From NCBI GenBank assembly GCA_951406725.2, contig OX597830.1:6510001-6574000 (forward strand): 64,000 nucleotides of DNA, read 5' to 3'. Position 1 is the first letter of the stretch; each line of letters begins with the position of its first letter. Source of the stretch: Octopus vulgaris (lineage: Eukaryota). Both the position numbers and the translations under genes were made by a program. This document shows, piece by piece, positions 15,549 to 28,120 of this stretch. The notes under the pieces were generated by a model. The model was not told where the DNA came from. It did not search any database and was given only the letters and a program-made list of their open reading frames with translations.

Positions 15549-15703
15549 CATATATTTGTCTTCAGAGTCGCATATATTTGTCTTCAGAGTCGCATATATT
15601 TGTCTTCAGAGTCGCGTATATTTGTCTTCAGAGTCGCATAAATTTGTCTTCAGAGTCGCATATATTTGTTTTCAGAGTCGCATATATTTGTCTTCAGAGT
15701 CGC
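15549..15703. repeat. Minisatellite, 7 x 22-bp unit CATATATTTGTCTTCAGAGTCG
   Basis: Units start at 15549, 15571, 15593, 15615, 15637, 15659 and 15681, with single substitutions in three units and no spacers. Confidence 0.95.
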
Positions 15704-16165
15704 TTAAGCCAGAATGTTTATAATGCCTTTAATATTATGTGTACATTACATTGAAAGATGCTATTTCCTAGCCAATACGGAACTGAATAAAAATCCGTTC
15801 AAAATTGATTAGGGGCAGACAATCGTTTACGTTAACCATGTCATATCTTGTCCCTTATAAAATGGAAGCGTGTCATGATACGATGCATTAATCGTCGTAT
15901 AGTCCCATGTTTTATGATCGTTTAAAACATAAATAGAATTAGAAATAGTCCCAGAAAATTATTTATTCTTTTATTTGTTTCAGTTTTTGACTGCGGCCAT
16001 GTTAGAGCACCGTCATTTGTGGAACAAATCGACTCCAGGACTTATTCTTTGTGAGCTTGGTTCTTATACCATCTGTCTCTTTTGCTGAATCGCTAAGTTA
16101 CGGGAACGTAAGCACACCAGCATCAGTTGTCAAGCCATGGTGGGGGAACAAACACAGACACACAA

Positions 16166-16217
<52 letters not shown>

Positions 16218-16230
16218 GTACATATATATA

Positions 16231-17518
16231 CGAGGGGCGTTCAATAAGTAATGCCCCTGACCCACTTCCCATAGCAGTAGAGCAACGAAACTTGGCACAG
16301 TTATTAGTCTTTTTCTACATAGGAACCACCCAGAGTTATGCATTTCTCTCATTGTTTGATGCAGCTCTGGAGACCGTTTTTATAGAAGACCCCAGCTTGG
16401 TCCTCCGACCTGAACGCGACTTCAGAAATCAAGGCTGCATCATCTGGGAAACGCTTTCCTTTCAAAAACAACTTCATGAGTGGGAAGAGGTGAAAATCAG
16501 AGGGTGCAAGGTCAGGAAAGTAGGGGGATGGGAGAGGAGTTCATAGTCATACGCCTGTGCTTCTGATCTGGCGACAAGCGAGTTGTGGACCGGAGCGTTG
16601 TCCTGCAGGAGGAGGATGCCTTTGCTGATCTTGCCCCGCCTCTTGATTTTGATAACTTCTCTTAATTTCCTCAAAAGTGAAGCATAATAGGCTCCTGCAA
16701 TTGTGGTACCCTTTGCCAGGAAATCTGTCATCACTACTCCGTCCTGGTCCCAGAAGACTGTGAGCATGTCCTTGCCAGCGGAGGGCTGCACCCTTGCCTT
16801 CTTTGGAGGGGGTGAGTCACGGTGCTTCCACTGCATTGACTGGGCTTTGGTCTCTGGATCATCGTGATGGACCCAGGTTTCATCCTGTGTAATCAGTCTT
16901 TTGAAAAAGTTTGACTCATCTTCTTGGCACATTTCCAAATTCATCCTCGAGCACTCGACGCGTTCTTGCTTCTGGAAAGGCGTGAGCAACCTGGGAATCC
17001 ATCGGCAGATACCTTTTGCATATGCAAATGGTCATGAATGATAGTTTCCACAGACCCGGTACTAATCTTGACCTTATGGGCTATTTGGCGAATAGTTATG
17101 CGTCGATCTTCCAAAATGGCAGCCTCAATTGACGGATAGATGCCTCATCAATGGCAGAAGGGGGCGACCAGATCTGGGAGCTGTTTCCACAGAGTTCCGA
17201 CCATGTTTGAATTCACGATGCCAGCGTTTTACAAGGTCATATGATGGGGCATCATCACCATAAGTTACTTTCATTTCATCAAAAGTCTCCCGTGGTGTGC
17301 GTCCTTTCAAATACAAAAACCGGATCACTGCTCGACACTCAACAGGCTCCATTTCACACTTGACTCGGTTCAAACTCCTGTAAATCAGAAACCACAATTA
17401 GCTCAGAGCTGTAATTTGCTACTTACTCTATAGAGATATAAATGATTGCACATGCAGAATTTCAGCTAGATCAAACAACTGCAATGTGTCAGAGGCATTA
17501 CTTATTGAACGTCCCTCG
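16231..17518 (-). mobile_element. Full-length mariner (DD34D) transposon, 1288 bp, TA target duplication
   Basis: TIRs TA|CGAGGGGCGTTCAATAAGTAATGCCCCTGAC and GTCAGAGGCATTACTTATTGAACGTCCCTCG|TA (2 mismatches in 31 bp). Confidence 0.95.
16304..17352 (-). pseudogene. Mariner transposase pseudogene
   Basis: MEPVECRAVIRFLYLKG..RSGRP (HTH), WIPRLLT, ITQDETWVHH, QDNAPVH, YFPDLAPSDF (34 residues between 2nd and 3rd Asp after frame repair). About 3 frameshifts and 1 in-frame stop. Confidence 0.92.
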
Positions 17519-18541
17519 TATATATGACGGGCTTCTTTCAGTTTCTGTCAACCAAATCCACTCGCAAGGCTTTGGTCGGCCCGAAGCTTTAGTAGAAGAC
17601 ACTTACCCAGTGGGACTGAACCTGGAACTATGTGGTAGGTAAGCAAGCTACTTACTACACAGCCATGCCTGCAACAATTATTTGCTGAAATATGTTTAAG
17701 AATTATAGTTGACTTAAATCTCAGCATAGTTAATTTTTCTGTTCATCACTTTTACTCACTTTCCAAATGAACGAACGTCAAAAATATAATGAAAGATTGT
17801 TTTTGTACTAATAAGAATTGTAAACACAGTTTCATACAATTTTCCAAGGACATTCCTTTTTATATCTATTAACGAACTTCATTATCTTCAGAGGAAGATC
17901 TGTTTGTTTACCTTCTCATTAATATAATTAGACCACTCCTAATTGTACCTTTACATATACAATAAATGTCCAACCACTTGTAATGCGTCCGAGTGCCAAA
18001 TTAGACTAAAAATATATTATGGTATAATCCACATTTAAGTTTAAACGTATGAACTTTCAATTTCAGGTGTTTCATAACTTTACAATGTTTTCAGTTTCCG
18101 ATGAATTCGACATCGGGTGAGATTTCTAAAATGATTATGTTAAACTTTTACAGAGTCCATTAACTATCTTTATACCAGCAACGTTTCCCACAAAAGTTTT
18201 TAGTGCAGCATTGTATTTTTAAGTGTAATGATGCTTCAGCTGTTATATAATTCAGAACGCTCTATTATATCGAATATTATTTGTAGTACTGGTTTGACTG
18301 ATTTGGTTTTAAATTATGTTTTTATAAAATATATTCATACATTTAATACATTTAAGAAACTAATAAATGATTTTCCACAAATTTTCAGTGTATATTTAGG
18401 ATATACAATAAATACGATTGATGCTAATGGTCAATTCCCGGCTATCAAAGTAGATTTTTTCAAATTGTGCAATAATTTTATATTTTATTTCAACAAACCT
18501 AAGAGTGAGAAGATATCTTATATATATATTATATATATATC

Positions 18542-18600
<59 letters not shown>

Positions 18601-18639
18601 GGAGTAAACACATAAATGTGAAACAAGGTGGAAAAATTA

Positions 18640-19125
18640 AGTTTACATTTAACTTTCCCATACTTACAAACACCAAATAGATAGTTAACTCATTTTGTGA
18701 TCGTGAGTGCACCAAACCTCACGTCTGCGTATGCTCACATTTTAGCGGATGCCTCAAGGAGCGAGTGTACTTGAGCCATGCAGTTTGCCCCAGCGCGTTT
18801 ATACATCCATTTTTATTAACGGTTATTTCTAATACTTTTCTCGATGTTATTTTGTGTTCGTTTCTCATCTGTGATTTTATTTTTGATCTTCTATATAAAA
18901 GAAGATATTTCTTGCGTCTGACTGCTTTTCTTTCCAGAAGATGAGAAGTTACCTTCCGGAACTGTTATTTTCACGAGTAGTGGCTATTTATCGTCCTAGG
19001 ACATACACCTGCACCGCCGGATGCTCCTGAACCACCATTGAGGGATCGATGCTAGATGTGTCGAAACAATTACTGTGATTAATAATATAATCTCGTATAT
19101 TCCATCTTCCATATTTCATTTACCA
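18640..19125 (+). mobile_element. Short non-coding repeat with degenerate hammerhead motif (family of 57430-58245)
   Basis: 18640-18990 aligns by eye to the reverse complement of 57510-57830, and 18988-19100 matches 58107-58237 (CTGCACCGCCGGATGCTCCTGAACCA..GAGGGATCGAT.CTAGATGTGTCGAAACAATT). Confidence 0.7.
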
Positions 19126-19207
19126 TATATATATGGCTCAGGGGTCAGAAGTATTTTCGTTATAGCGTGTTAGCACAAGATAGCTGATTGTGGAGGGCTT
19201 AAAATTT

Positions 19208-19317
<110 letters not shown>

Positions 19318-19329
19318 TGTAAACATAAG

Positions 19330-19495
19330 GTGCATGTGTAGCTCTAGTAAGAAGATTGTTTTCCAACCACATAGTTCCTGATTTATTCCCACAGCGTGGA
19401 ACTTAGGAAAATGTCTTCTACTATAGCCTCGTGCCCAGCAAAGCCTTGTGAGTAGATTTGGTAGACGGAAACTGAAAGAAGACCGTCATATACGT
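19330..19495 (+). mobile_element. SINE 5' half (family of 15965-17672)
   Basis: TTCCAACCACATAGTTCC..AAAGCCTTGTGAGTAGATTTGGTAGACGGAAACTGAAAGAAGACCGTC followed by (TG)n. Confidence 0.65.
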
Positions 19496-19521
19496 GTGTG
19501 TATGCGTGTGTGTATATGTGT

Positions 19522-19568
<47 letters not shown>

Positions 19569-19732
19569 TGTGTGTTGTCACATATTGGCAGGTGTCCCTG
19601 CGGAGTTCTATTTCATCCTCTACTTTGGTGGGTTCGAAAGGTCGATTTCTAATGAAGGTTTGTCATATTACATTGTAAGCTTGCTATTGTAAGTATTTTT
19701 CGAATATAAAAATGCTACAAGTATAAGGTGTG

Positions 19733-20040
19733 CTAAGAGCATTTATAGAAGACATGATCCTATAGAAACTCAACAAGCAATTAAAGATGGAAAAGAGAAG
19801 GGGGTTAAAAGTTTCAAAAGAATTTAATCTATGCATACGTTCGTTTCAAACAGTAATATTAACATGTAAATAATATTGTAAAGAATTAATTTCTAATTTT
19901 TTTTGCCATGTTGTTTACATTTTAATATTACTGATTGAAACGATCGGATGCATGGATTAAATTCTTTAGAAACTTTTAACACTTACTCTTCTCCATCTTT
20001 GTTGAGTGTGTATAGGATATTTGTTCTATAAAAATATTAG
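19733..20040. repeat. Degenerate ~300-bp fold-back (MITE-like) inverted repeat
   Basis: Left arm GTTAAAAGTTTCAAAAGAATTTAATCTATGCATACGTTCGTTTCAAACAGTAATATTAACATGTAAA is the near reverse complement of TTTACATTTTAATATTACTGATTGAAACGATCGGATGCATGGATTAAATTCTTTAGAAACTTTTAAC. Confidence 0.7.
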
Positions 20041-20230
20041 AAAAAATAAAGAGATTCTACTAGAGTAGATGCAAGCTCTAATATATGATTTATAAAAACA
20101 TATGACATATTAATAAAAATCTGTAAATATAAAACCATCCAGATTTCTAAGTACCTTATTTTTACTAAACATACACATATATATATATACACATATATAT
20201 ATATGTACATATGTATATATATAATATATA

Positions 20231-20305
<75 letters not shown>

Positions 20306-20431
20306 GTAAAGAGTGAAAAAACTACAGAAGGCTTAAATGTTAAAAAAATATATATATTTGCGTCAATATGTCTGAAGAATATTAGAAAATTAAAAAAAAA
20401 ATTTTTTTTCTCTTATAATGACATAATTTAA

Positions 20432-20470
20432 AAGAAAGACCGGTTTCGCGTGTAGCTTTTCAAATTTCTT
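20432..20470 (-). ncRNA. Minimal hammerhead ribozyme motif (U3:A8 variant), inverted pLTR copy
   Basis: Exact reverse complement of 23284-23322. Confidence 0.55.
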
Positions 20471-20855
20471 GCGACGTTATGTTTATGTTGAATAGAGTTA
20501 TCGTTATGTTTATGTTCAGAAGAGTTCTAAATAAGGGAAGGTAGTGAGTGATTTCTTCCGGTGTAAGGGAGATAATCGCTTAACATTTTTTCCTTTCCCT
20601 TGGTGTGAATTTCTCTGTATCAGTATGTTCGGATGGTTGAGTCTGGGCTTGTACTTTTCAATGAAGAATGTTTCCTTGTTTAGTCTAATTTGTGTTGATG
20701 ATCCGAAAGCACATTGGTAAAATGGAAAGATTAAAAATTGTGGTAGTAGTTGCTTTGCGCATTTCTCAATGTGCTCACTAAAAGGTATCATTCTATATTC
20801 TGGGAATGCAATCTGTTGTCGATGCAGTGTGCATCTGCGCCTGAGTGATAGTCCC

Positions 20856-23174
20856 CAGGGACACCAGGACACAGGCTGGAACCTAGTAATAAGGAGAAAC
20901 CGAAGATAATCAATCTTTCAACCAAACCTCTTTCTAACATAAAAATTGACATCCTCTCAAAAGGGCTCAAATTTACACCAACTCCACGCAGAACCAACCT
21001 AAATGAAATCAAGGATAATATAACAGAATTTTGCAGAAAATTAAGACTAGCAGAAGCATCAACCAGTTTCAATACTGAAGATGAATCACTAGTCAAGAAC
21101 AAAAGTGAACACATCCACACAGAGGAAGAAATAAAGATCTTGATGAATTCTGTAACCACATTGAGAACTTTCCCTACCATACTATACATAAACAGAAAGT
21201 TAACTCAAATTTTAACACTACACAATGGAAAGAGCTGATAGAACTTCAAAATGATGAGGATATAACCATTAAGGAAGCAGACAAGGGAAATGCAGTTGTA
21301 ATAATGGATACATCATACTACAGAAATCTTGTAATTTCCTTACTTGATGACGACCTACATTATGAAAAAAATACCACCTACACCCCACAAAAAATAATGA
21401 AAACTCTATCTTCACTAATTAAAACCCATGAAAAGGAACTAACAACAAACTTTAAATGCAAACCTAGCCTTTTCTATGGTCTGCCAAAAATTCATAAAAG
21501 TCAAATTATAAATGAAACCATTAAAAAATCACCAAAGACATACATACACACACCTAACCCGGGGGACCTAAAACTACGACCCATTGTAGCTGGCCCAACC
21601 TGTGAAACACACAGACTAAGTCTACTTATGGACATCCTCCTGAAACCCTTCCTTAAACATATCGATAGCCATATCAGAGATGACTTAGATATGTTAAACC
21701 ACCTTCCAAAAAAAGCCAAGGAAGAAACAATCCTGGTTTCATTTGATGTAGTTAACTTATATACCAGTATACCTCATAATTATGGACTAGAGGCAATACA
21801 GTTCTGGTTAGATCAATTTCCGGAAGAAATACCAAAAGGATCAGTAAAGAATTCATTACTAAATCAATTGAATTCATCCTACACAATAACCACTTCATGT
21901 TTGACAATACATTTTACCGTCAAAAATCCGGAATTGCTATGGGTACAAGGGCAGCACCAGTCATTGCGAACTTAACAATGGGATACATGGAAATAATCAT
22001 TTACCAGGAATCTTTATCAATCTTTGGAAACCCCCTCTCTCAATACATAAAAGAGAATTGGAAACGATTCTTAGACGATTGTTTTATTCTCTGGAATGAA
22101 AACACAAAAAAACTCCTAAAATTTAAAAACCTATTGAACAGCATAAACCCAAATATACAGTTCACAATGGAATACAACCAAAAGGAGCTCCCGTTCTTGG
22201 ATATACTAATTTAAAAAATTAACCTTAAAATAGAAACAGACATTTTTTACAAAGCCACAGACGCCAAACAATACCTTCTTTTTAATTCATGCCACCCAAG
22301 ACACACTAAAACAAACATCCCCTTCAACCTTGCAAGAAGGATATGCACAATAGTGTCAGAACAAAATACCAGGAACTTTAGACTGCAAGAACTCAAAAAC
22401 ACCCTAATTGACAGACATTACCCAGCTCAACTCATAGAGGATGGGATCAGACGTGCAACAGAAATCAACATAGAAACTTTAAGAAAAGTTCAATACAACA
22501 ACACACCTTCCCCGAAAATACTACCTTACATATCTACATACAACCCCAGAAACAAAGAAGCCTTCACCATCATCACCCAGAATTTACCAATACTTCATAA
22601 AGACCCCAAATTAAAGGAAATTCTAAACATACACCAAATCATTAAAAGCTACAAACAGCCTAAATCACTCAAAAAGATTCTCACAAAGGCAAAATTGTCT
22701 TCTGAAATTACGGATGCAAAAGTAAAAAAATGTGGTAGATCGAACTGTGCAACATGTCCTAACCTGCTAGAAGGATCAGAATTCCTCTTTAAAGAGGGAC
22801 AGAAATTCAAGATCAAATCTAACTTTACTTGTGCCTCTGAAAACATAATTTATGTCATAAAATGCTCGGGCTGCCACCAAGACTACGTGGGTTCCACGGG
22901 ACTATCACTCAGACGTAGATGCACACTGCATCGACAACAGATTGCATTCCCAGAATATAGAATGATACCTTTTAGTGAGCACATTGAGAAATGCGCAAAG
23001 CAACTACTACCACAATTTTTAATCTTTCCATTTTACCAATGTGCTTTCGGATCATCAACACAAATTAGACTAAACAAGGAAACATTCTTCATTGAAAAGT
23101 ACAAGCCCAGACTCAACCATCCGAACATACTGATACAGAGAAATTCACACCAAGGGAAAGGAAAAAAATGTTAA
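20856..23174 (+). pseudogene. PLE reverse transcriptase + GIY-YIG endonuclease ORF, disrupted
   Basis: IINLSTKPLS..ILSKGLKFTP, IKEADKGNAVVIMD, YGLPKIHK, LRPIVAG, SFDVVNLYTSIP, YRQKSGIAMG, KRFLDDCF, FLDILI, SCHPRHTK, linker CGRSNCATC, IIYVIKCSGCHQDYVGST..RCTLH. Frameshifts near 21115 and 21835; in-frame stop at 22212-22214. Confidence 0.93.
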
Positions 23175-23283
23175 GCGATTATCTCCCTTACACCGGAAGA
23201 AATCACTCACTACCTTCCCTTATTTAGAACTCTTCTGAACATAAACATAACGATAACTCTATTCAACATAAACATAACGTCGC

Positions 23284-23322
23284 AAGAAATTTGAAAAGCT
23301 ACACGCGAAACCGGTCTTTCTT
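23284..23322 (+). ncRNA. Minimal hammerhead ribozyme motif (U3:A8 variant) in PLE 3' region
   Basis: AAGAAA-U-[UUGAAAA]-GC UACAC GC-[GAAA]-CCGG-[UC]-UUUCUU: 6-bp stem I with one bulged U, 2-bp stem II, palindromic stem III ACCGGU. PLE pseudo-LTRs are known to carry minimal HHRs. Confidence 0.6.
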
Positions 23323-23491
23323 TTAAATTATGTCATTATAAGAAAAAAAAATTTTTTTTTTAATTTTCTAATATTCTTCAGACATATTGACGCAAATATA
23401 TATATTTTTTAACATTTAAGCCTTCTGTAGTTTTTTCACTCTTTACTATTTTCTATATATTCACCCACGTGCTTTCACAAACCAACTTTCT

Positions 23492-23561
<70 letters not shown>

Positions 23562-23569
23562 GTATATAT

Positions 23570-23723
23570 ATAATAAGAGTGTTGAAGGATCAGAAGGTCA
23601 GTCTGCTAGAAACATACCCCAAATGGTCTATGATCCACTTAGATATAATCTAAGTGGTTCATGCACCATTTGGGATCTATTTCTATCAGAGTGGTGTTGT
23701 GATCATTCAGCACCCTTATTATA
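23570..23723. repeat. ~150-bp imperfect palindrome (MITE-like fold-back)
   Basis: ATAATAAGAGTGTTGAAGGATCA..CCCAAATGGTCTATGATCCACTTAGAT / ATCTAAGTGGTTCATGCACCATTTGGG..TGATCATTCAGCACCCTTATTAT. Confidence 0.75.
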
Positions 23724-24478
23724 ATTTTAATATAAATTAATCATTATTGTATTTTAAGTATGCTGGCCACTGATAAATCATTAAATAATGAGTTTATCCT
23801 AATTATGTGTATAATATATACACTCATATGTGTGTGTGCGTGTCTGTGTGTGTGTGTGTGTACGTGTGTGTGTCTGTGTGTACGTGCGTTTGTGTTATAG
23901 AGCATGTAGGACATCTACGAAGTCCTTCATTATTCTATACCCTAGTCGCACTCCACAATGATTGTTTCGTTTATCCAAAGATCAACAATAACATTCACAA
24001 TAGCGTTCAAGAATATTCCTCGAGGAGCCATACTATTCTTCTATGACACGTTAGCGATCATTAACTGGGCAATACTATAGAATCCATTCCTTACTTTCGT
24101 TGTTTTATTCCAATATTTCAGCTGACTATTCGATTCACCGATTTACATTTCGGCTTCATCGATAATTCTGGAGATTCAATTAAAATCTCAGATTTGACAT
24201 TTTAAATATTCCGATTGGCAGAGGAAGAAAAAATAAAAGGAATTAAAATGTAAGTATTTAGTTTTAATTGGAAGTTAGGCGATTGAAGAATTTCAAAGAA
24301 TATATTTCTTAAATATCATTTGGTATTTATGCGATATAAGCCAACCCGCACCTGCCCATCACCTCATAAATACGTACTTATACACGGACGGAATAATACA
24401 TACGTCTATGTGTACAGAATATAGAGATATCCATTATATGTCTCTGCGCGTTTATGTATGTATGTATATATATATATG

Positions 24479-24522
<44 letters not shown>

Positions 24523-24557
24523 CTATATGCATAATTATGTGCATCTATGTAAGTATA

Positions 24558-24593
<36 letters not shown>

Positions 24594-24654
24594 ATATATA
24601 CAAAAGTGTATATATATATATATATATATATATACATACATAATATATACAAAA

Positions 24655-24689
<35 letters not shown>

Positions 24690-24802
24690 TATATACATAC
24701 ATATATATGTGTATGTACGTATGGATGTATATTTATATATATTTTAAGCATACATATATATATATACACATATATACTATGCATATACATTTACAGTATA
24801 CG

Positions 24803-24837
<35 letters not shown>

Positions 24838-25250
24838 ATGTATATATATATATATATATATACATATATACATACATACACACACACACACATATATATA
24901 TACCTATATACCTATACTTACGCACACGCATACTTTTATTCAGTTGGGTCCCTGTCAGAAATGATAGATGGTGCTCAAATCAATGGCCAACTTTTTCTTT
25001 TCAATGTTAGCAACCTCTTTTCCATTTATTTCAGCACGATCAGAATAAACTGTCTTACGCCACACACACACACACACATACGCAAATGATGTATAATATA
25101 TGCATACCTCTGTGATATACATACCTATGATATATATATATATGCTAGAGTGCGTGTGTGTATGTGTGTGATTGTGTATTTATTGCTGTGTATTTTGTGA
25201 GCGTGTATGTGCGTGTGTTAACATCGAGAAAATGCCTCTATATAAATGTC

Positions 25251-25301
<51 letters not shown>

Positions 25302-26242
25302 ATTATACACATATATATATCATCTTCATATATATGTGCACATACACATATGTACAAATATGTACGTGTGTGTTTGGGTACGTGTGTGTGTGTCGTGTGT
25401 TTGTATGTCTGTGTCTGTGTCTCTGTCTACACATATTTTAGGAGAAACATATTCCTCAACCGATAACTTTGTGGGGTTATATTCATTATTTAGGCATTTA
25501 AATAAGTGACCAACCTATATAACAGGAATTATGGTATTATATATTGTATCTTCATACCAACAAATGCCAATACTAACGATTACTTATTTCCCGTTATTAA
25601 TAATTCTCCTTAGGTTATTAATAAATTGCTGTGGATTAATATTTGGTAGTGTTAATAATAATTCTTTTAATACTAATCCTCTAATTTTGTATTTAGTATT
25701 CATCTTGAAATACCTTTGGTGACAGGCTTCGTTTCCTCTCTGATTTTGTCGTGCATCCATGCTGCAATGTACTACATCAAAGACTAGGTGAAAATGCATT
25801 CTAACTCGGAGAGGATCCGTCTTATGTGTCTGTCCTATTTCACAGTTATAGTCGTGATGTTTATAATTGCGTGGTTTGCACTAACATTTGTTTTAATTCA
25901 GTTATCTAAAACATAGATTTGTGAATGTGCCTGTGTGCTTGTATACTCACACTCACACACATACATATATATGTGTATGTATATATATACACGCACACAC
26001 ACACACTTATATATATATACATATTTAAATATATATATATATATGTATGTGCACAAAAAATATACAGACATTTATATATATTATATCTATAAATGGACAT
26101 ATATATATGTGTGTATGCATATATACATATACACACATATACATATATATATATGTATGCATGTATATATATATATATATATGGGTGTAATTATACATAT
26201 ATACATTTTTATGTACACATCCAAACAGATGAATATGTATAT

Positions 26243-26293
<51 letters not shown>

Positions 26294-26972
26294 TACACAC
26301 TTATATATTGTTGAATTTCGAATGGTCATTGTTTTCTTCCAAATAAACACACGCACGATATATTTGTTCCTCGCCTGTTCATTACTGTTCTTATTTCTTT
26401 TAAATTTTAACTCATCTTTCGCCACACATCTGTGACCTCTTCAGCTCAGCGACACTTTTCGCTTTTGTGGTTACTCTTGCTCCAATTACTACATTCTGTT
26501 CTTCTAAGATGTGCATCATTATGTGCGCATGCGTTTATGTCCGTGTGTGGGTGTGTGTGCATGTGTATGTGTGTGTGTGTTTTTGTGTGTGTATCACTGT
26601 TGTTCTTAAGAACAGTGATACACACACAAACGTAAGAATATATTACTCATACACGTACACACATATTTATATATATTTTACCATTGCATTAATGCGAAAT
26701 TTCATTTTTGGAATTACTGTTAGTGTTACTAAGATCCTGTTAGTGTTATCAACTTCCTTTATATTGGCTGGAATGGAGTTTATGCCTTTCCGCGTCTATT
26801 TCGCAGCACCATTTTAAGTGACCCTGCAACAGAACCATTTTCTGACTCTCACCTCACTATTGCCTCCGGTCTTTCATATATACTATATTCTCATCAATGG
26901 CGGAAACATTTGTTATCATTATCTGTAAAGTTCGGAAGAGGAATACTCCTGTTATTATTATCAATAATATAT

Positions 26973-27189
26973 AAGGCTGGTAGCTGGCAGAATCGTTTGC
27001 GCGTTGAACAAAATGCTTAACGGCATTTCGTCTGTCGCTCTGTTCTGAGTTCAAATTTCACCGAGGTTGACTTTGCCTTTCATTTTTTCGGGGTCGATAA
27101 AATAAGTACCAGTTTAAGAGTGGAGTCGAGTAAGCGACTATTCCCCCTCCCCCACATTCGAGGCCTTGTGCCTATAATAGAAAGGATTG
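26973..27189 (+). mobile_element. tRNA-derived SINE (family of 1768-2141) with flanking 20-bp direct repeat
   Basis: AGCTGGCAGAATCG..GAGTTCAAATTTC..CTTTGCCTTTCATTTTTTCGGGGTCGATAAAATAAGTACCAG. TTATCAATAATATATAAGGC occurs at 26958-26977 and 27190-27209. Confidence 0.85.
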
Positions 27190-27964
27190 TTATCAATAAT
27201 ATATAAGGCGGTGATCTGGGAGAAGAAGAATTGGAAGAAGAAGAAGAAGAAGAAGAAGAAGAAGAAGAAAAAAAGAAGAAAAAGAAGAAGAAGAAGAAGA
27301 AAAAGAAGAAGAAAAAGAGAAGAAGAAGAAGAGAAGAAGAAGAAAAAGGAGAAAAGAAAAAGAAGACGAAGAAAAAGAAGAAGAAGAAGAAGAATAGTTG
27401 TTAGATATTCTCAGAAGAAATGCTTGTCTTTCTACATATAAATGAGTGTTTACGTGTGTAGACAGAGAGAAAGAGGGAGAGAGAGAAACGGGAGAGAGGG
27501 TGTGTGTGAGGTGCATAAAGAGGGAGTGAGAGAGAGAGAAAGTCTGAGACAGTTAGACCGATCGATAAACATATATTGATTCATGGAATTTCAGTTGGAA
27601 AGTTAGAACCATGGACACGTGATGTAGATAAATATGCAAATATATGGCAACATACAAAGACATATACATATATAAATACATGCACGTATTTGTATATACA
27701 CTCACACACACGCACACACACACTCACACATACATATATATATCTACACATACACGCATCCATATATATGTGTGTGTTCGTATGTATGTGTATTACAATT
27801 ATATAGTAGCGTGCATATATACATATACATATATATATATATGCGTGTGTGTATGTATGTGTGTAAGTGCGTGTGTGGGTGTATGAATGTGTATGTGTAT
27901 GATGTATCTCTGTACATATGTGTATGTATGTACATATGAACAATGCTGCTTGTTTTTATGTATG

Positions 27965-28063
<99 letters not shown>

Positions 28064-28072
28064 ATGTGTGTA

Positions 28073-28120
<48 letters not shown>

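Larger units (their letters stand above)
15965..17672 (-). mobile_element. tRNA-derived SINE with internal (CA)/(TA) microsatellite, split by the mariner insertion
   Basis: 3' part 15965-16230 (TTTGTTTCAGTTTTTGACTGCGGCCATG...) and head 17521-17672 (..AGCAAGCTACTTACTACACAGCCATGCCTGC). Related pieces lie at 19330, 39310-39990 and 49570. Confidence 0.7.
20302..23494 (+). mobile_element. Penelope-like retroelement (Neptune-type), 5'-truncated, with inverted pseudo-LTR
   Basis: 20302-20855 is the reverse complement of 22898-23450. The body encodes PLE RT and GIY-YIG endonuclease. Flanked by (TA)n(GA)n on the left and (TA)n on the right. Confidence 0.92.

Noticed and set aside
15549-15703. CRISPR-like array or tandem ribozyme (minus strand contains CTGAAGA in most units)
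   Set aside because: Units are contiguous without spacers, the context is eukaryotic with no cas genes, and there is no GAAA/stem III partner for a hammerhead.
20516-21189. Minus-strand ORFs 20516-20872 and 20788-21189 as separate genes
   Set aside because: The first is the inverted copy of the PLE endonuclease C-terminus; the second is largely antisense to the PLE ORF.
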